Shown: positions 24,027 to 37,032, counted from the first letter of the stretch. The stretch is DNA of 64,000 bases from Octopus sinensis (GCF_006345805.1 NC_043008.1:39370001-39434000), one strand, 5' to 3'. Numbers and translations: made by a program. Notes: a model not told the origin generated them from the sequence alone.

Positions 24027-24130
24027 ATCTGTTTGGACTGGCAACTTTAGAGAGAAGCGAAATTGAATTTCAGAAGGTTCTGGAAACTTGTGTTCAGAGA
24101 ATATTAGACTATGAAACAGAGTCACCTTAA
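24027..24130 (+). CDS. Candidate plus-strand terminal exon (D)LFGLATLERSEIEFQKVLETCVQRILDYETESP-stop
   Basis: Strong acceptor ctatatgtttttcgacag|; protein-like open frame ending in TAA at 24128-24130. Confidence 0.3.
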
Positions 24131-24450
24131 GTGTCACACTGCTCTATCGCACAGTTCGCATGTTTAGCGTAACATGCTTTGTATATCATGCTTTGACAAA
24201 GACAAAAAAACCCTGTGCTTTGAAGCCAGCACATATATATATATACCAGATATTCGTCTCATTGGTGCCATAATGCAAAACAAAAATAATCGGAATATTG
24301 AGCAAACAAAGCAAAAATAAAATTAAAACTTAAAATATAAAAGACACACACACACACACACTCACACACACATATATATATATATATGTATATATGTGTA
24401 TGTATATATATATATATATACATACATACACGCACACACACACACACACA

Positions 24451-24494
<44 letters not shown>

Positions 24495-25557
24495 CTGTAT
24501 ACATGAGTTAACCCCCCATAAAATTATTTGTCGTATCAAATTTATATAAGCTTTGAACAATCATTATCACATAAAGGTATAAAACACTATTAGTATGTTA
24601 TGCATTGTAAAACAACAAAAGACATATGTATGATAACATATGTGTCAGTTCAGTGTAATTAAATCATTTTACATATATGTAAACTACAACTGTTGAAAAA
24701 ATAAATATATGGAAATGCAAAGCAATAATTGTTAGATAATTTACGCTTCTAGAACCCAAACATTTACTTGATTTTTTTTTACGTAATTACCATAACGAAA
24801 CAAAAATCATATCCCTGTTTAAAGAGAACCCCCCCCCCCAGGATTCACGATATTTCTCTTGGAAAAATCACAAGCAAAGCTCTCAAGAGAATTTTCATTC
24901 ATTTCATTAATCATTAAAAATTCACATCGGTTAAATTCAATAAGATAATCGAAGAAAGGAACAATGTGTGTCTCTACATTTCAACGTATGATACGTCTTA
25001 TCTTTTAAAACAATTTTTACATATCGATATTCTAAATTGTATTCTAAATTATATTCCTCGAATATAAGGAAAGGAAAGCGAAACAATTTTCCTCTCTAAT
25101 ATTACAAATAAACAACATTAAAGCAAAAACCACTTTTGTCAATTTAATTTGCAGTGCATAAGTTATAAGAAAATTACGCTGAGGAAAGTGAGTCGGTGAA
25201 TTTATAACTACAACGAAAGCTAAAGGAAAGAGAAAAATTCCAAATTATAAGGAGACATTATAAAGAGTTTTACACGACTACTTTGAAATATAGAGTTTAA
25301 ACCTCAACAGATGAATCGAATAAGAAAAACTTGCAAACATTATTTTAGGGGTTTAAATATCTGAATGCTATATAACAACAGCCATATCTAAGACGTTAGC
25401 AAATATTTGACTAATTCATTATTTTAGCCGATCTATAGCAAATAATTGACATGCTTATCTATATGCATGATGTATCTACACATACCAAATTTATTGCTAA
25501 CAATTTGCTTGTCGGAAATATGTTTCTAAGATTTTCCTAAGCGTACATGCTTGCTAC

Positions 25558-25631
25558 CTGACATTTAGTCAGCTCTTGTTTCATACGTTCCGAGTAATAT
25601 TAAGGTCTTCTTTCATATGCCCCAAGTTATT
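25558..25631 (-). CDS. Candidate 74-nt exon containing ATG (25584) of MKQELTKCQ
   Basis: Acceptor ttcttgttatttttatcaatcaccag| and donor cag|gtagca. All three frames contain a stop, so it is either the start-codon exon or frameshifted. Confidence 0.35.
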
Positions 25632-26499
25632 CTGGTGATTGATAAAAATAACAAGAAATGATTATCATACAGGTTGCATGGGCGCCAAATTGATATTTTC
25701 TGTGCATCACATATGATATACATGAATGGTTATTGGTTAGTAATGCAGGTAAAATAGCTTATAAATGTATCTATACATTTTCGGTCAATCAAAGAAAACT
25801 AAACAGCAAGTACACTTGATATAAAAATCGCTGATAAGAATGTACCTCACAGACTATATATATATACAACTTAAAGACTCAGCAAAATTTTTATTAAGAA
25901 ATAGAAATTAAATGCGATAACTAAAATTCATTTTACTTTCGTTCGTCTTTTACAGCGAAGAATAAATACTTATAACGAAATATTTTTCGATTATTAATAC
26001 ACTTACACTCATTGTATCAATAGCAAATACGTTACGAAAATCAAAAACCCCCTTCAATCTTTCATATTCTGTTATATGAAACTTTTAAAATAAATCTACT
26101 CTCAATACGTATGAACTTCAAAAAATGCTTAAAACTGCAAGACTACATTGGTAGAACGAGCAATACTTGTGAGAGTCAGATTGTATGGGGGAAAAAAGCA
26201 CCTGCTTCGCAATGCTTAATGAAACCCAAAACGGAAATAAAGAAGGGAATTTGCAAAGAGTTAATCCATTAAGATTATACCATTACAGGTATATCACTTC
26301 TATCGGTAGTATGTATTGAAGAATAGATACCTCAATTTTCAAATGTAAGACGTAAAAAGAGTACATAATTAAAAAAAATATTGGCTAGATGAGAAGTGAC
26401 GTGACAATGCAGCTCTGACAGATGCTAGTAATGATTCTTGTAGAACTTACGGGTTAGTTACATACATGCATTACTCCATTCACAAGACACATCTAAAGT

Positions 26500-26950
26500 C
26501 CAATAGTCATTATTGCACTTTAAATCATTTATCAATCCCAGTCATATGCATTCCCACAAAGCAAAATATTTCAAAAATCAAATCACTCCAGAAGACATTT
26601 ACTAATAGAATTAAGGGCATGACAGAACTCGATTATTGGGACCACCTTAAAGCATTGTATTTCTTTTCTCACCAGCACCGCCGTGAGCAATACATCATTT
26701 TCACAATGTGGAGAATATACCACCATCATTGCTCAAACGACCGTTTCAGAACTCCTCCAAGGCCAAGACCACGTGACAAACGTCTCCTACACAATTCAGG
26801 ATCACATCACATAAGTACACAGCAACAGAATTTCTTTTTTTCAACAAGCCCTGTCTTATTTAACACTGTCCTAAAACAAATTAAAGAAAATAAAATCCCC
26901 TCGCCTTTAAACGGAATCTGTACAAACTTGACCTGGAAAGGATTTAGCAA
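26500..26950 (+). mobile_element. CR1/L2-type LINE ORF2 C-terminal relic
   Basis: KIKSLQKTFTNRIKGMTELDYWDHLKALYFFSHQHRREQYII matches the LE.VQR.FT..I.G...LSY.ERLK.L.LYSL.RRRERY pattern of CR1/L2-group ORF2. Confidence 0.75.
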
Positions 26951-27023
26951 ATCCAATCAGGTTGTGCGATTAAGTTATACATGGTTTGGGCCTATCTTTA
27001 GTCGAAACATATCTAAATTTATC

Positions 27024-27054
<31 letters not shown>

Positions 27055-28209
27055 GTCTGTGTGTGTATGTGTGTGTCTGTGTATTTGTTTTTGTGTGTAT
27101 TACTCATTAGTCGTGTAAGTTCATGCCCCATAGCATAGGCTCACATGCAGAGGGTGACGATGAAAATAATAGTCATAATGATAATAATTGTGAAGATAAT
27201 GGCAATGGAAATTTTAAGTTTTATATAAGATAATGATGAGGAAATAACAGTGATAATGAAGATTCTCCTGGTGATGAAGACAATAAGAATAATTGTTATT
27301 TTTAGAGAAACTACTAGATTTTAGCTGTGATGAAAAGTGCTTTGGGTGGGTAAAACTGAATGAACTGAAAGTAAATATTTTCCTCTTCTAATGAAAGATG
27401 AAGGCGGGAAGTTATTCCCCTGCAGAAAAAAATTACTGAAAGGAGTGTGGGAGGATGATGACATTTGTGAATTGGTCTTAATCTCAGCATGTACAGCGTG
27501 GCTAGAGATGAAATCTCGAAGACATCACTTACTCATGATAGTCATGCTAATATTTCCTGTGCAGTGTCTTGCTTGACCTTTGGAACTTGTCTTCTTTCAT
27601 TGCATTTCTATTTCGTTTTCATTTACTCCTAGTTTAACATCATCGATTCTGCGTAAGATCACACGTTGTTTTTAATCGTATTTTAGCAATGTCTCTTTTT
27701 CCAACGTCCCCGTGGCTAATAAAACATTATGATTACTATTAATATAAACTTTTGCTTATTGTAGGCGTTATTGATGTGCTGCTTTTACAAGTATTCTGAC
27801 TGTTTGTTCTTGATATAATTTGAAAGTTGAAAGTCGCGTTTGAAATCTTCTGGGGCAACTTGGTGTATTTTTGTTAGTTTTGAACGTGTTGTTGATTTTC
27901 TTTTTAAGTCTATAACTTCTACAATTTTTGATTTTTGCCCTTCTTTTTGATTTTTTGTTTGTTGTTATGCTTGTTGTTGTTTCTCGAGTTTATAGTGTTG
28001 TTTTTTGTTGTTTGTACTGTCCATAAAAATGTTGCAGTTATTTTGGAAACTTTAATCACATATTTTGCGGTTGATGTTATTACTATTGTGTGTGTGTACA
28101 CGTGTGTGTGCGTATATATATATATATGCATATGTATATCTATCCATCTATCTATCTTTCTATCTCTCTCTCTCTCTATATATATATCTATCTAACTAGC
28201 TATCTATTC

Positions 28210-28256
<47 letters not shown>

Positions 28257-28367
28257 CATCTATCTATCCATCTGTCTATTTATCTGTCTATATCTCTCTC
28301 TTTCTCTTTCTCTCTCTCTCTCTCTATATATATGTCTATCTAGCTGTCTATCTATCGATCTATCTAG

Positions 28368-28566
28368 CTCTCGTGAGCACCGCCAGAAATTTTTTTCCTC
28401 TCTCTTCCCTTCTCGGGATCTTTCCTTCTCCTTTGTTTCCGACGAAGTGCTCCGCTCGAAACGTTAAACCCTCCTTCTTCCCTTCTTTCCTGAGCGTCCA
28501 CTAATATTTTATTTGTTCCACGTCCTCGCGTTGCTGTGTGTTTTTGTGTTTTCTTGTTTGGATTAA
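28368..28566 (+). mobile_element. Short repeat with a hammerhead-like motif (copy 2); 3' end at (TA)n
   Basis: Motif GTTT-CCGACGA-a-GTGC-tcc-GCTC-GAAAC-GTT-AAAC at 28435-28469; homologous to 17068-17264. Confidence 0.7.
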
Positions 28567-28696
28567 CTATATATATATATGTGTGTGTGTGTGTGTGGTA
28601 ATTATACATACACACATACATACACACATGCATACATACATACCTACATACATACATACATACATACATACATACATACATACACACACACACATA

Positions 28697-28732
<36 letters not shown>

Positions 28733-29362
28733 TGTATGTATGTATGTATGTATGTATGTATATGGTAATGATTTCTGGTAGCCGAATGTACTTTAGGATG
28801 TTCCTTTCATTGTCCTTATCGCTGTATTATTCTTCTTGTTGTTGTTGTTGTGTTTTAAAGTCTTTTGAACTGGTTTCTGATGTTTTGATACAATTCCTTG
28901 TTTTATTTCTTTTATTTGTTGTTGTTATTGTTTCATCTCTAAATGTTTTAGTTATTTTTGTAGTCGTTTTCTGTTTTTTCGCTTTTTCTTTTTTGGTCCC
29001 AGGGAGAGGGAAAGTGTATTCAATAACTGTATCCCTACCATCCGTCCCACAGATTGTTGATGAAATCTAATCAATCTTTTAGAGCAGGCGTTTCTATTTC
29101 TTACGATTTAGCGCGTTTCATCTGCTAACGGTTCAATAGAAATAATCACCACGTGATTACGAGCTCCTATTTGCGTGGTCATGGATATTTCCTCAAGTAT
29201 AAAACCCCTAAGTACAGAACTATCGATTATCTTCTGACCGCAGTTCAGCTAAGTATTCTGTGAAATTCTGTGTGCTGTGTATATTTCAATGTGTATGGTG
29301 TCTGTATGCGCCTCATTTGTCCTATGCATGTAATGGGAGTGTTTATTTAATGTGACAGCCTG

Positions 29363-29770
<408 letters not shown>

Positions 29771-30114
29771 ATAACTGTCTTTATTGAAAACACAGGGCTG
29801 AACACAGAGGGGACAAATACAAATGTAGAGCTTTTCTTTTCGAAGATGAAAGAAGAAAAAGCAGCAAAAAAGATAGATAGATAGATAGACTGATTGATAG
29901 ATACTAAATCCAGTACAACAGTATCCAATACTTTTTCTGATACTTTCCATCCATACCAGTGTGAATCTATAACCATCAATATAAGCGTGCAAATGCATTT
30001 GTGTATATGCATATGTGTGTCTTTGTAGGGGACTTGGGGGGCGGGTTATAATGCGATGTGAGTCATAGCTACAAATCCATAATCAATATTAAGACACCAT
30101 ACTACTGTACTTAC

Positions 30115-30210
30115 TTCAGCTTCTTGGGGTCCTAACACATTAGGCAGACACGAAATCGATCGCTTAGTTAGGCACTCAGCCAAATCCTTCAGTGTAACAG
30201 ATGTAATCAA
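30115..30210 (-). CDS. Candidate 96-nt exon LITSVTLKDLAECLTKRSISCLPNVLGPQEAE
   Basis: Consensus donor gaa|gtaagt; acceptor gtttcgggtattcag| (an alternative acceptor at 30316 gives no open frame). Confidence 0.4.
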
Positions 30211-30950
30211 CTGAATACCCGAAACAATCAATAGAAAGATGAGCAGTTCTGTCGATAATGCAGTGATAGACAGGTATTATCCCAGCCACACATTGAAAAG
30301 AGTGTTTAAAGAAAACCTAGAAGAAAATGCATAGAGTTTTATAAATGGTATGTTTTAAAACGTTAAAATGTTTGGTTCATTAAGCCACTTCACATCTTTC
30401 GCTTAATTGAAAATGCCCCGTTTCTCTGCATCACAAATCCATTACAACGTAATAATTAGCTAATATCTAACCTAATAAATCTAATGTCACAAATATCCAT
30501 GGTGTACTTTTACAAATAATCGATTAAAAGTTCTGTCTAGATTCAATTATGTATAAGAGCCAAATGAGCGTTATAATACAATAAAGGAAGACGAAAATGA
30601 ATTAAACTAGACTAAGTGGCATAAATGACAATATGAGAAAGTTAAAGCACTTGCACAAAAAATGGTGATACACTCATTATGGTGAAGAATACCCAATCGA
30701 ACCAAATTGGAACAAGCAACTACTTAAACATAAGAGTAAAAGAAGTTTTAATGTAAACAGGCTGAGGCATCCAAATAACAGTTGCTCCATCGGAGTGTAT
30801 TATAGTTGCAGAGCAGTGTCATGACATAGAAGTATGTAATCAACACCAAATATATATGTAGACGCAACCTACATATATATTTCTAAAGAAATAAAAGCAT
30901 ATATGCATGTGTGTGTATGTATGTATTTGTCTATGTATGCATATATATAT

Positions 30951-30998
<48 letters not shown>

Positions 30999-31017
30999 AT
31001 ATATTATATATATATCG

Positions 31018-31137
31018 TTATATTTCGGAATGGTCATTTTTCCAGTTTATCCAATAAAAAAACAAGCACTATATATTTGGTGTTATTTTGCTTCATTTTA
31101 TTGGCTAAACTGGCAAAATGACCATTCCGAAATATAA
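31018..31137. repeat. About 120-bp hairpin (MITE-like)
   Basis: ttatatttcggaatggtcatttttccagtttatccaataaaa ... ttttattggctaaactggcaaaatgaccattccgaaatataa. Confidence 0.85.
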
Positions 31138-31197
31138 GAATATCTGTTTCAACACACGACTTCACATAAAAAAATTTTGCACAACAAATATTTAAAC

Positions 31198-31236
<39 letters not shown>

Positions 31237-31239
<3 letters not shown>

Positions 31240-31450
31240 ATCGCAGCGTTACTCAAGAAATAGGAAGAAAGTGTGAGAGAAAGTTGGGGTGAAAAACTAC
31301 AACAGAGGTCGCCACCAGCCCCTGCAGAAGACTCGTGGTGCTTTAGGGGGTTTTCGCTCAATAAACACACACAGCGCCCGGTCTGGGGATCGAAACCGCG
31401 ATCACCCGACCGCGAGTCCGCTGCGCTAACCACTGGGCCATTGCACCTCC
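31237..31450 (-). mobile_element. SINE family C, 5' part
   Basis: Head ggaggtgcaatggcccagtggttagcgcagcggactcgcggtcggg...ggtttcgatccccagaccggg. Confidence 0.85.
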
Positions 31451-32379
31451 TCACAAGTCCCAATACTATATCCTAATATGATTTCCGGTGGTCAAACAAA
31501 AATAGTCAAACAAAATGGCTGACGTAATAATTATTCATGTTTTTTTTTATTTTTCTGAGGTAACCTTAACCTCCATTTCCCCGGGCCTCGAAGAAATATA
31601 TACCAGTAAAATCTGGGGTTGCTCCTAATCGTCTATACGCTCCACAAACATTTGAAACATTATTATATACTATATATTCATATAAATTCCAATATCAATT
31701 TAAAGACAAGCGCTGATACTGTTTTGCATTTGTTTACATAAGAATCAAACTGTTGCGAAATGAAAGTCAAATGAGTGGAAATATATGAAATTAAGACTAA
31801 AATAAACTATATTTTTAAGGTTCTTGCCATAAAATGAAATAATTAAATTATAAATGTATACATTAATGATTATATAATATAAAACAACAAGCAATACTTT
31901 ACTTCGTAATTCACTATAGACAATATAATTACAGAATATAAACTTACAGATAATAATATATATTTGTTTAATATGAAAATCGTAGATAATAATAGATAAT
32001 TACATGATATAAAATACACAAATCTATAAAATAAAGTAATAGATAATAGTAAATGATTATATGATATAAAAATAATACTTAATGATACTGTATCAAATTT
32101 TCTGACTGGTAATATCGAAGTTGTAATTTTTATCTTCTAATTGAATAAATACAGGCAGCGAATTAGAAGAGTTTGTTGAGAGTCAGATACTATACCATGT
32201 GGAGTTTGTTTCGATTCTCTGCTCTCTGACTTTGAATACCATCGTGGTTAAGTTTGCTTTTAAGTATTCATAAACCGATCAATAAAGTATTGATCAGGAC
32301 CATTTCTCTCTCTCTCTTCCTCGTTTAGAATCGGCTACTTGAAAAGGTGAAAAAGAATCGTGGTGTGTGCTACTTACAA

Positions 32380-33128
32380 CATCCCTTTCTTTAGACCGGT
32401 GACGGTGATCAGTAAAAGGGACGTGCTGACTATTTTCACAGAAAAAACCTGAATACAAAGATTTTTAATTTTGTCGACAACACAATATAGTAGGGCCAGT
32501 TGGGCACTGTCTGTGAGAAAAAACAGCACCATGATGCAATTTACTTTGTTAAAAATCGAATATCCAGTAAACATGACGGTGTTTGAAGTGATCACTAGTA
32601 ATGGCGACGGTACGCCTCCATTCACCTTCCCACACGGCCACAGACTCAACACGTTAGCCTACATCAAGTGCCTGGATGTGGTAGCCTGGACTGGGCCAAC
32701 AGGGTAGCTGCTGGAAGACCCTATGTCTGGCAGCAGAAATCTGCACTATGCCACACGACAAGGAGGAGAAACCAGTCATGGCTGTGAGAAAATTTCTGCG
32801 ACCACATAACTCCCCAGTCTGCAACCACCTTGACTATTAGGTGTGGGGCACAGTTAAGCGAGAGGCCAACAAAACTCCTTGTTTTGTTGAACTGAAGACA
32901 AGGATTATGGCAGCATTCACCAACATAAACAAGAAAACTGTCCAGAGGAGTTGCAGGCGACTCCGAAGTCATCTAATTAGAGTCAATGGCGATTTTATTG
33001 AATGAATTTACTGTTTATTATTTCAAGATATTTGTATGTAATTTTGGTAGATATATAAGTTAAAATGAGAAGTCAGTGTTATTTTCATTTTTGCGTAATT
33101 TGTAGGAAAATATATTCACCGCACCCTG
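32380..33128 (+). mobile_element. mariner-like (maT/DD37D-type) transposon relic, 3' part with right TIR
   Basis: YPVNMTVFEVITSNGDGTPPFTFPHGHRLNTLAYIKCL and downstream decayed catalytic-domain sequence; ends caccgcaccctg-TA. The subfamily is inferred from recalled consensus. Confidence 0.8.
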
Positions 33129-33252
33129 TAAATATATATGTATATATAAGTATCACTAAATAAACACACGCACACATACATACTCACACAAACACATGTT
33201 ATATTTGTAAAACAAATAATTTATTCCTGACATCGGTAGAAAAGCGTATATT

Positions 33253-33296
<44 letters not shown>

Positions 33297-33963
33297 TGAT
33301 TTTAATTTATTAAATGCATTGCAGTACTTAATTAGTATTTTATTTTATATCGATTTCTGAGACATGAAAGGCAACGTACGACATGAAAGGCAACGTACGA
33401 TACGTCTTTTAAAAGACATATCTTAATACAGTTAACCGTTCGGTCTAATATTTTAATGATTCGCCTTGTCCACTACTCTAATGTCTATGATGATTATTAA
33501 AATAGTCTTATTCCTTTCTTAATATACTTTCAAAATAGGATTACAGTAGATTCTGCTGTCATGTGCTGTGGAATTAACGGCATTCTGTTCTGTTAATATC
33601 CGCGCGCTAAAGAGACGCTTAATATATGTTAATATATGTTAATATATGTTAGCGCAAATGTGAAATCCCTAGTATGCCGTACTTATGCTTCTGTATGTTG
33701 TGTAAAAAATACTATGTTTGATTTTATTCACAATGTTAATTTGAATGTAATGTAACAACAAATTGTTTATAAATCTTGGTTGACTTGCCGTAGACTTGTG
33801 AGGGCAACCAGAAATCGCGCATCACGCATGAATATGATTATTTTTAATATCTTACGGCAAAATTCCAACAGAAGTCTCCTTATAATTGTTAACACGAGCA
33901 GAAATAGCAACCAAATTTCTTGTAACTCTGACGGTAAAAAGAAAACGAATGTTATAAAGGCAT

Positions 33964-34547
33964 CGAGGTGGCAGAAACGTTAGCACGTCAGGCGAAATAC
34001 TTACCGGTATTTCGCCTGTCTTTATGTTCTGAGTTCAAATTCGGCCGAGGTCGACTTTGACTTTCATCCTTTCAGGTCGATAAATTAAGTACCAGTTACG
34101 CACTGGGGTCGATATAATCGACTTAATCCCTTTGTCTGTCCTTGTTTGTCCTCTCTGTGTTTAGCCCCTTGTGGGTAGTAAAGAAATAGGTATTTCGTCT
34201 GCCGTTACGTTCTGAGTTCAAATTCCGCCGAGGTCAACTCTGCTTTTCATCCTTTCGGAGGTCGATAAATTAAGTACCAGTTACACACTGGGGTCGATGT
34301 AATCGACTTAATCCGTTTGTCTCTCCTTGTTTGCCCCCTCTGTGTTTAGCTCCTTGTGGGTAGTAAAGAAATAGGTATTTCGTCTGTCTTCACGTTCTGA
34401 GTTCAAATTCCGCCGAGGTCGACTTTGCCTTTCATCCATTCATAAGTACCAATTACGCACTGGGGTCGAAGTCACCGACTTAATCCCTTTGTCTGTCCTT
34501 GTTTGTCTCGTCTATGTCTAGCCCCTTGTGGGCAATAAAGAACTAAG
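33964..34547 (+). mobile_element. Head-to-tail trimer of SINE family B
   Basis: One copy with the head (ggcagaaacgttagcacg) and two headless copies, each joined at aaagaaataggtatttcgtctg. Confidence 0.9.
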
Positions 34548-37032
34548 GAAACAAATGTTATATTACGTGGTCCGAAATACGCTGTCTTAAACCTGGACGA
34601 GATAGATAAGTTTGGCTCAGTTGAGACAATATCTTCTCGACCGGAGGTGAATTGGATCTGAGCAACATACTGAATGAGCCTTCAGTAGCAGGGATCAACC
34701 TTACTAACTTTTAAAGGACATCTGCCAGTCTCATGAACGGAAACGTAAAAGTAGCTTTACACGACACCAAATTCTTTAGCAATTGTTATCTATTTTAGTA
34801 TTCCATGCGTTGAAAAGGAACATCTTATGTATAACGCTTTTGTTGATACGCTGTAATAACTGCAATGATATTGCACCGTAACAGTTGTAAGAGAGTTATA
34901 CCATTCAGAAAAGCTTAAAGCATGAACACTATTTTACATATCCAATCATACTTATTTTCGGATTCACGATCCAGCAAAAATAAATCACATATATATTGCT
35001 TTTAGATTATCATTCCCGAAACTTTGCATGCATTCCTCCTATTTTCGCAGAAACAATTCTGTTGAGGACAAGAATGATAAAAAAAAAACACATATAATAA
35101 AATTAAAAACCAAACGAAAATCAAAAATCGTTATGATTTTATTTTTACATCTTTAAATGTTGATTTAATATAAATGTCAAGATTTTCACATGAAAAGTCT
35201 GTTATTAATAGTTGATAGATATATTGGAAAAATCTCTAAATATAGTTGGAAATAATTATTTTCCGTTTCTGAAATTACCCCATTATGCTTTCTCTTTCTC
35301 TCTTTTTCTTCTTCCTCTTCTCTTCTCCTTCCATCTATTACCCCCCCCCCACTTCATTGCATCCGCCATCATCTGTTTGCTTTCAATAGTGACAACGGTA
35401 GTGGGGGTACGTAGTAATTACATAATGCATCAAAAACCGCAGCTGTCACAATCGAGTATTTATTGTTAGACTGCCGCACAAAAGTTTAAGAGATTGTATG
35501 ACATCATTGACACTGACCTATGTGCTTTGCAAGGCAGCGCTCAAATTCAATGTAACTTAGGAGCACATCTTGTCTCCTCTTGATCCTAGTTTGACGCTGC
35601 CTTATTTCCTTCTGTGTGTGAAAAGCCGACATAAATATATCCATAAATACACTTAAACAAAGGGACGTATTATTAACTTTTCACATATGACCTCATATTT
35701 GACCAATTGATACAGTCTATCAACTGAACCACAATATGTGACTGGTACTTTTCTTATAGATACTGTAAGGAGGAAATCTAATTTAGCGCGGTTTGAAAGC
35801 AGTGCTATGAGAGCAGTTATTAAATACTGAAATATAATTTATCCAACGTCCCTAAGTGATTCTCCCATCCAATAGACTTTGATAAAAGTATATGATATTG
35901 TTCATATGTTGATGCTTGCTACGTAGTGAAATTGTAAAGCATATACGATCATTAAAGGCAAATCGGTTATTTAGCAAAGATTCGTATTCAAATTTCAAAA
36001 CGCTACAGGTTATCGCAGTCTTCATGAATTCTTCCCCTTCTAGTTACAACTGTGTCTGCACCATTTCCTTTTGCATGATGCACACCGCCGGCACTACTAA
36101 AGTTCTCCTGCGGCTCGCACGTATTTTCATATTGTGTAACTTACTGTCAAAGCTAACTATTACTCACAAAGTAAAGAAGAAAGTGCTTGGCAGAACAAGT
36201 GGTCGATTAGAGATAGTTCGGATATATGGCATTTACTCTTGCCAACGAGAAGGTGTTGCACTACAGCTGACGAAGCCAGCCGTATTAAGAAAAGTCACAA
36301 TATTGATAGACGTTATCAGAATCATTTCAATCGTCTAAATTGATGATAAACCACCGATGACAGGTTTACTACAGGCCAGCATTACGATGGGTCACATGAT
36401 GTGAATGAGTTCATAGATCAAACCGCTGGGAGTGTTCACGACTACATTACCAATAACAAACACGCAATCTGGGCCAAATTTAGCTGATTTAAGCGATGGA
36501 AATTGTCTTGTAACATGTAATATGATTGGGATTCTTACACGCCTAACATTTAGTTATAACCCTCAGCAACGTTTTGGGTAAGAAGGTCTGGCGATTATAT
36601 GTAAAGCTTGTAGGACCTATTAATAACAACAGGTGCTTCTTCCCTAACATATGAATTAACATCAAATCCTAAAGCGATGCCGTTATCGACATTCGTAACA
36701 TTCAGTATTTTCTGTCGAGATACTCGACAGTTTACTTAGGTGAGCACTAAAATCTGATGTTGCGCAAAATCGCTAAATGGTTGGGTAAAATACTGTCTCA
36801 TAGCAACGCACGTCCTTCTGGAATCGAATAGCAAGTGTCCATCGAGATATTTCATGTAACTGGAAGTTACTTCTACCCCGTACCTCGTTAACCTGGCTTA
36901 TCAGATAACAAGTACCTGACCTCTGCCAATGTAACTTTAATGGCTTGCATTAATGACATGATCAAACAGTATTTTCAACCCTCTTACATTGGTCAATTTA
37001 CATTTATTTATTAATTTACTAATGTATATTAG

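Noticed and set aside
26100-26200. YIGRT-like peptide suggesting another GIY-YIG relic
   Set aside because: Too short and decayed to distinguish from chance.
28827-29066. Minus frame ISSTICGTDGRDTVIEY… with a Kazal-like CGTDG motif
   Set aside because: The acceptor lacks a pyrimidine tract, the other Kazal cysteines are absent, and the rest is low-complexity K/T sequence.
29140-29260. CACGTG plus TATAAAA as a plus-strand promoter; similar TATAAATAG near 61420
   Set aside because: Such motifs are expected by chance in AT-rich DNA and there is no TSS evidence.
33964-34547. Regularly spaced repeats as a CRISPR-like array
   Set aside because: The units are about 190-bp whole SINE copies without unique spacers, in a eukaryotic context.
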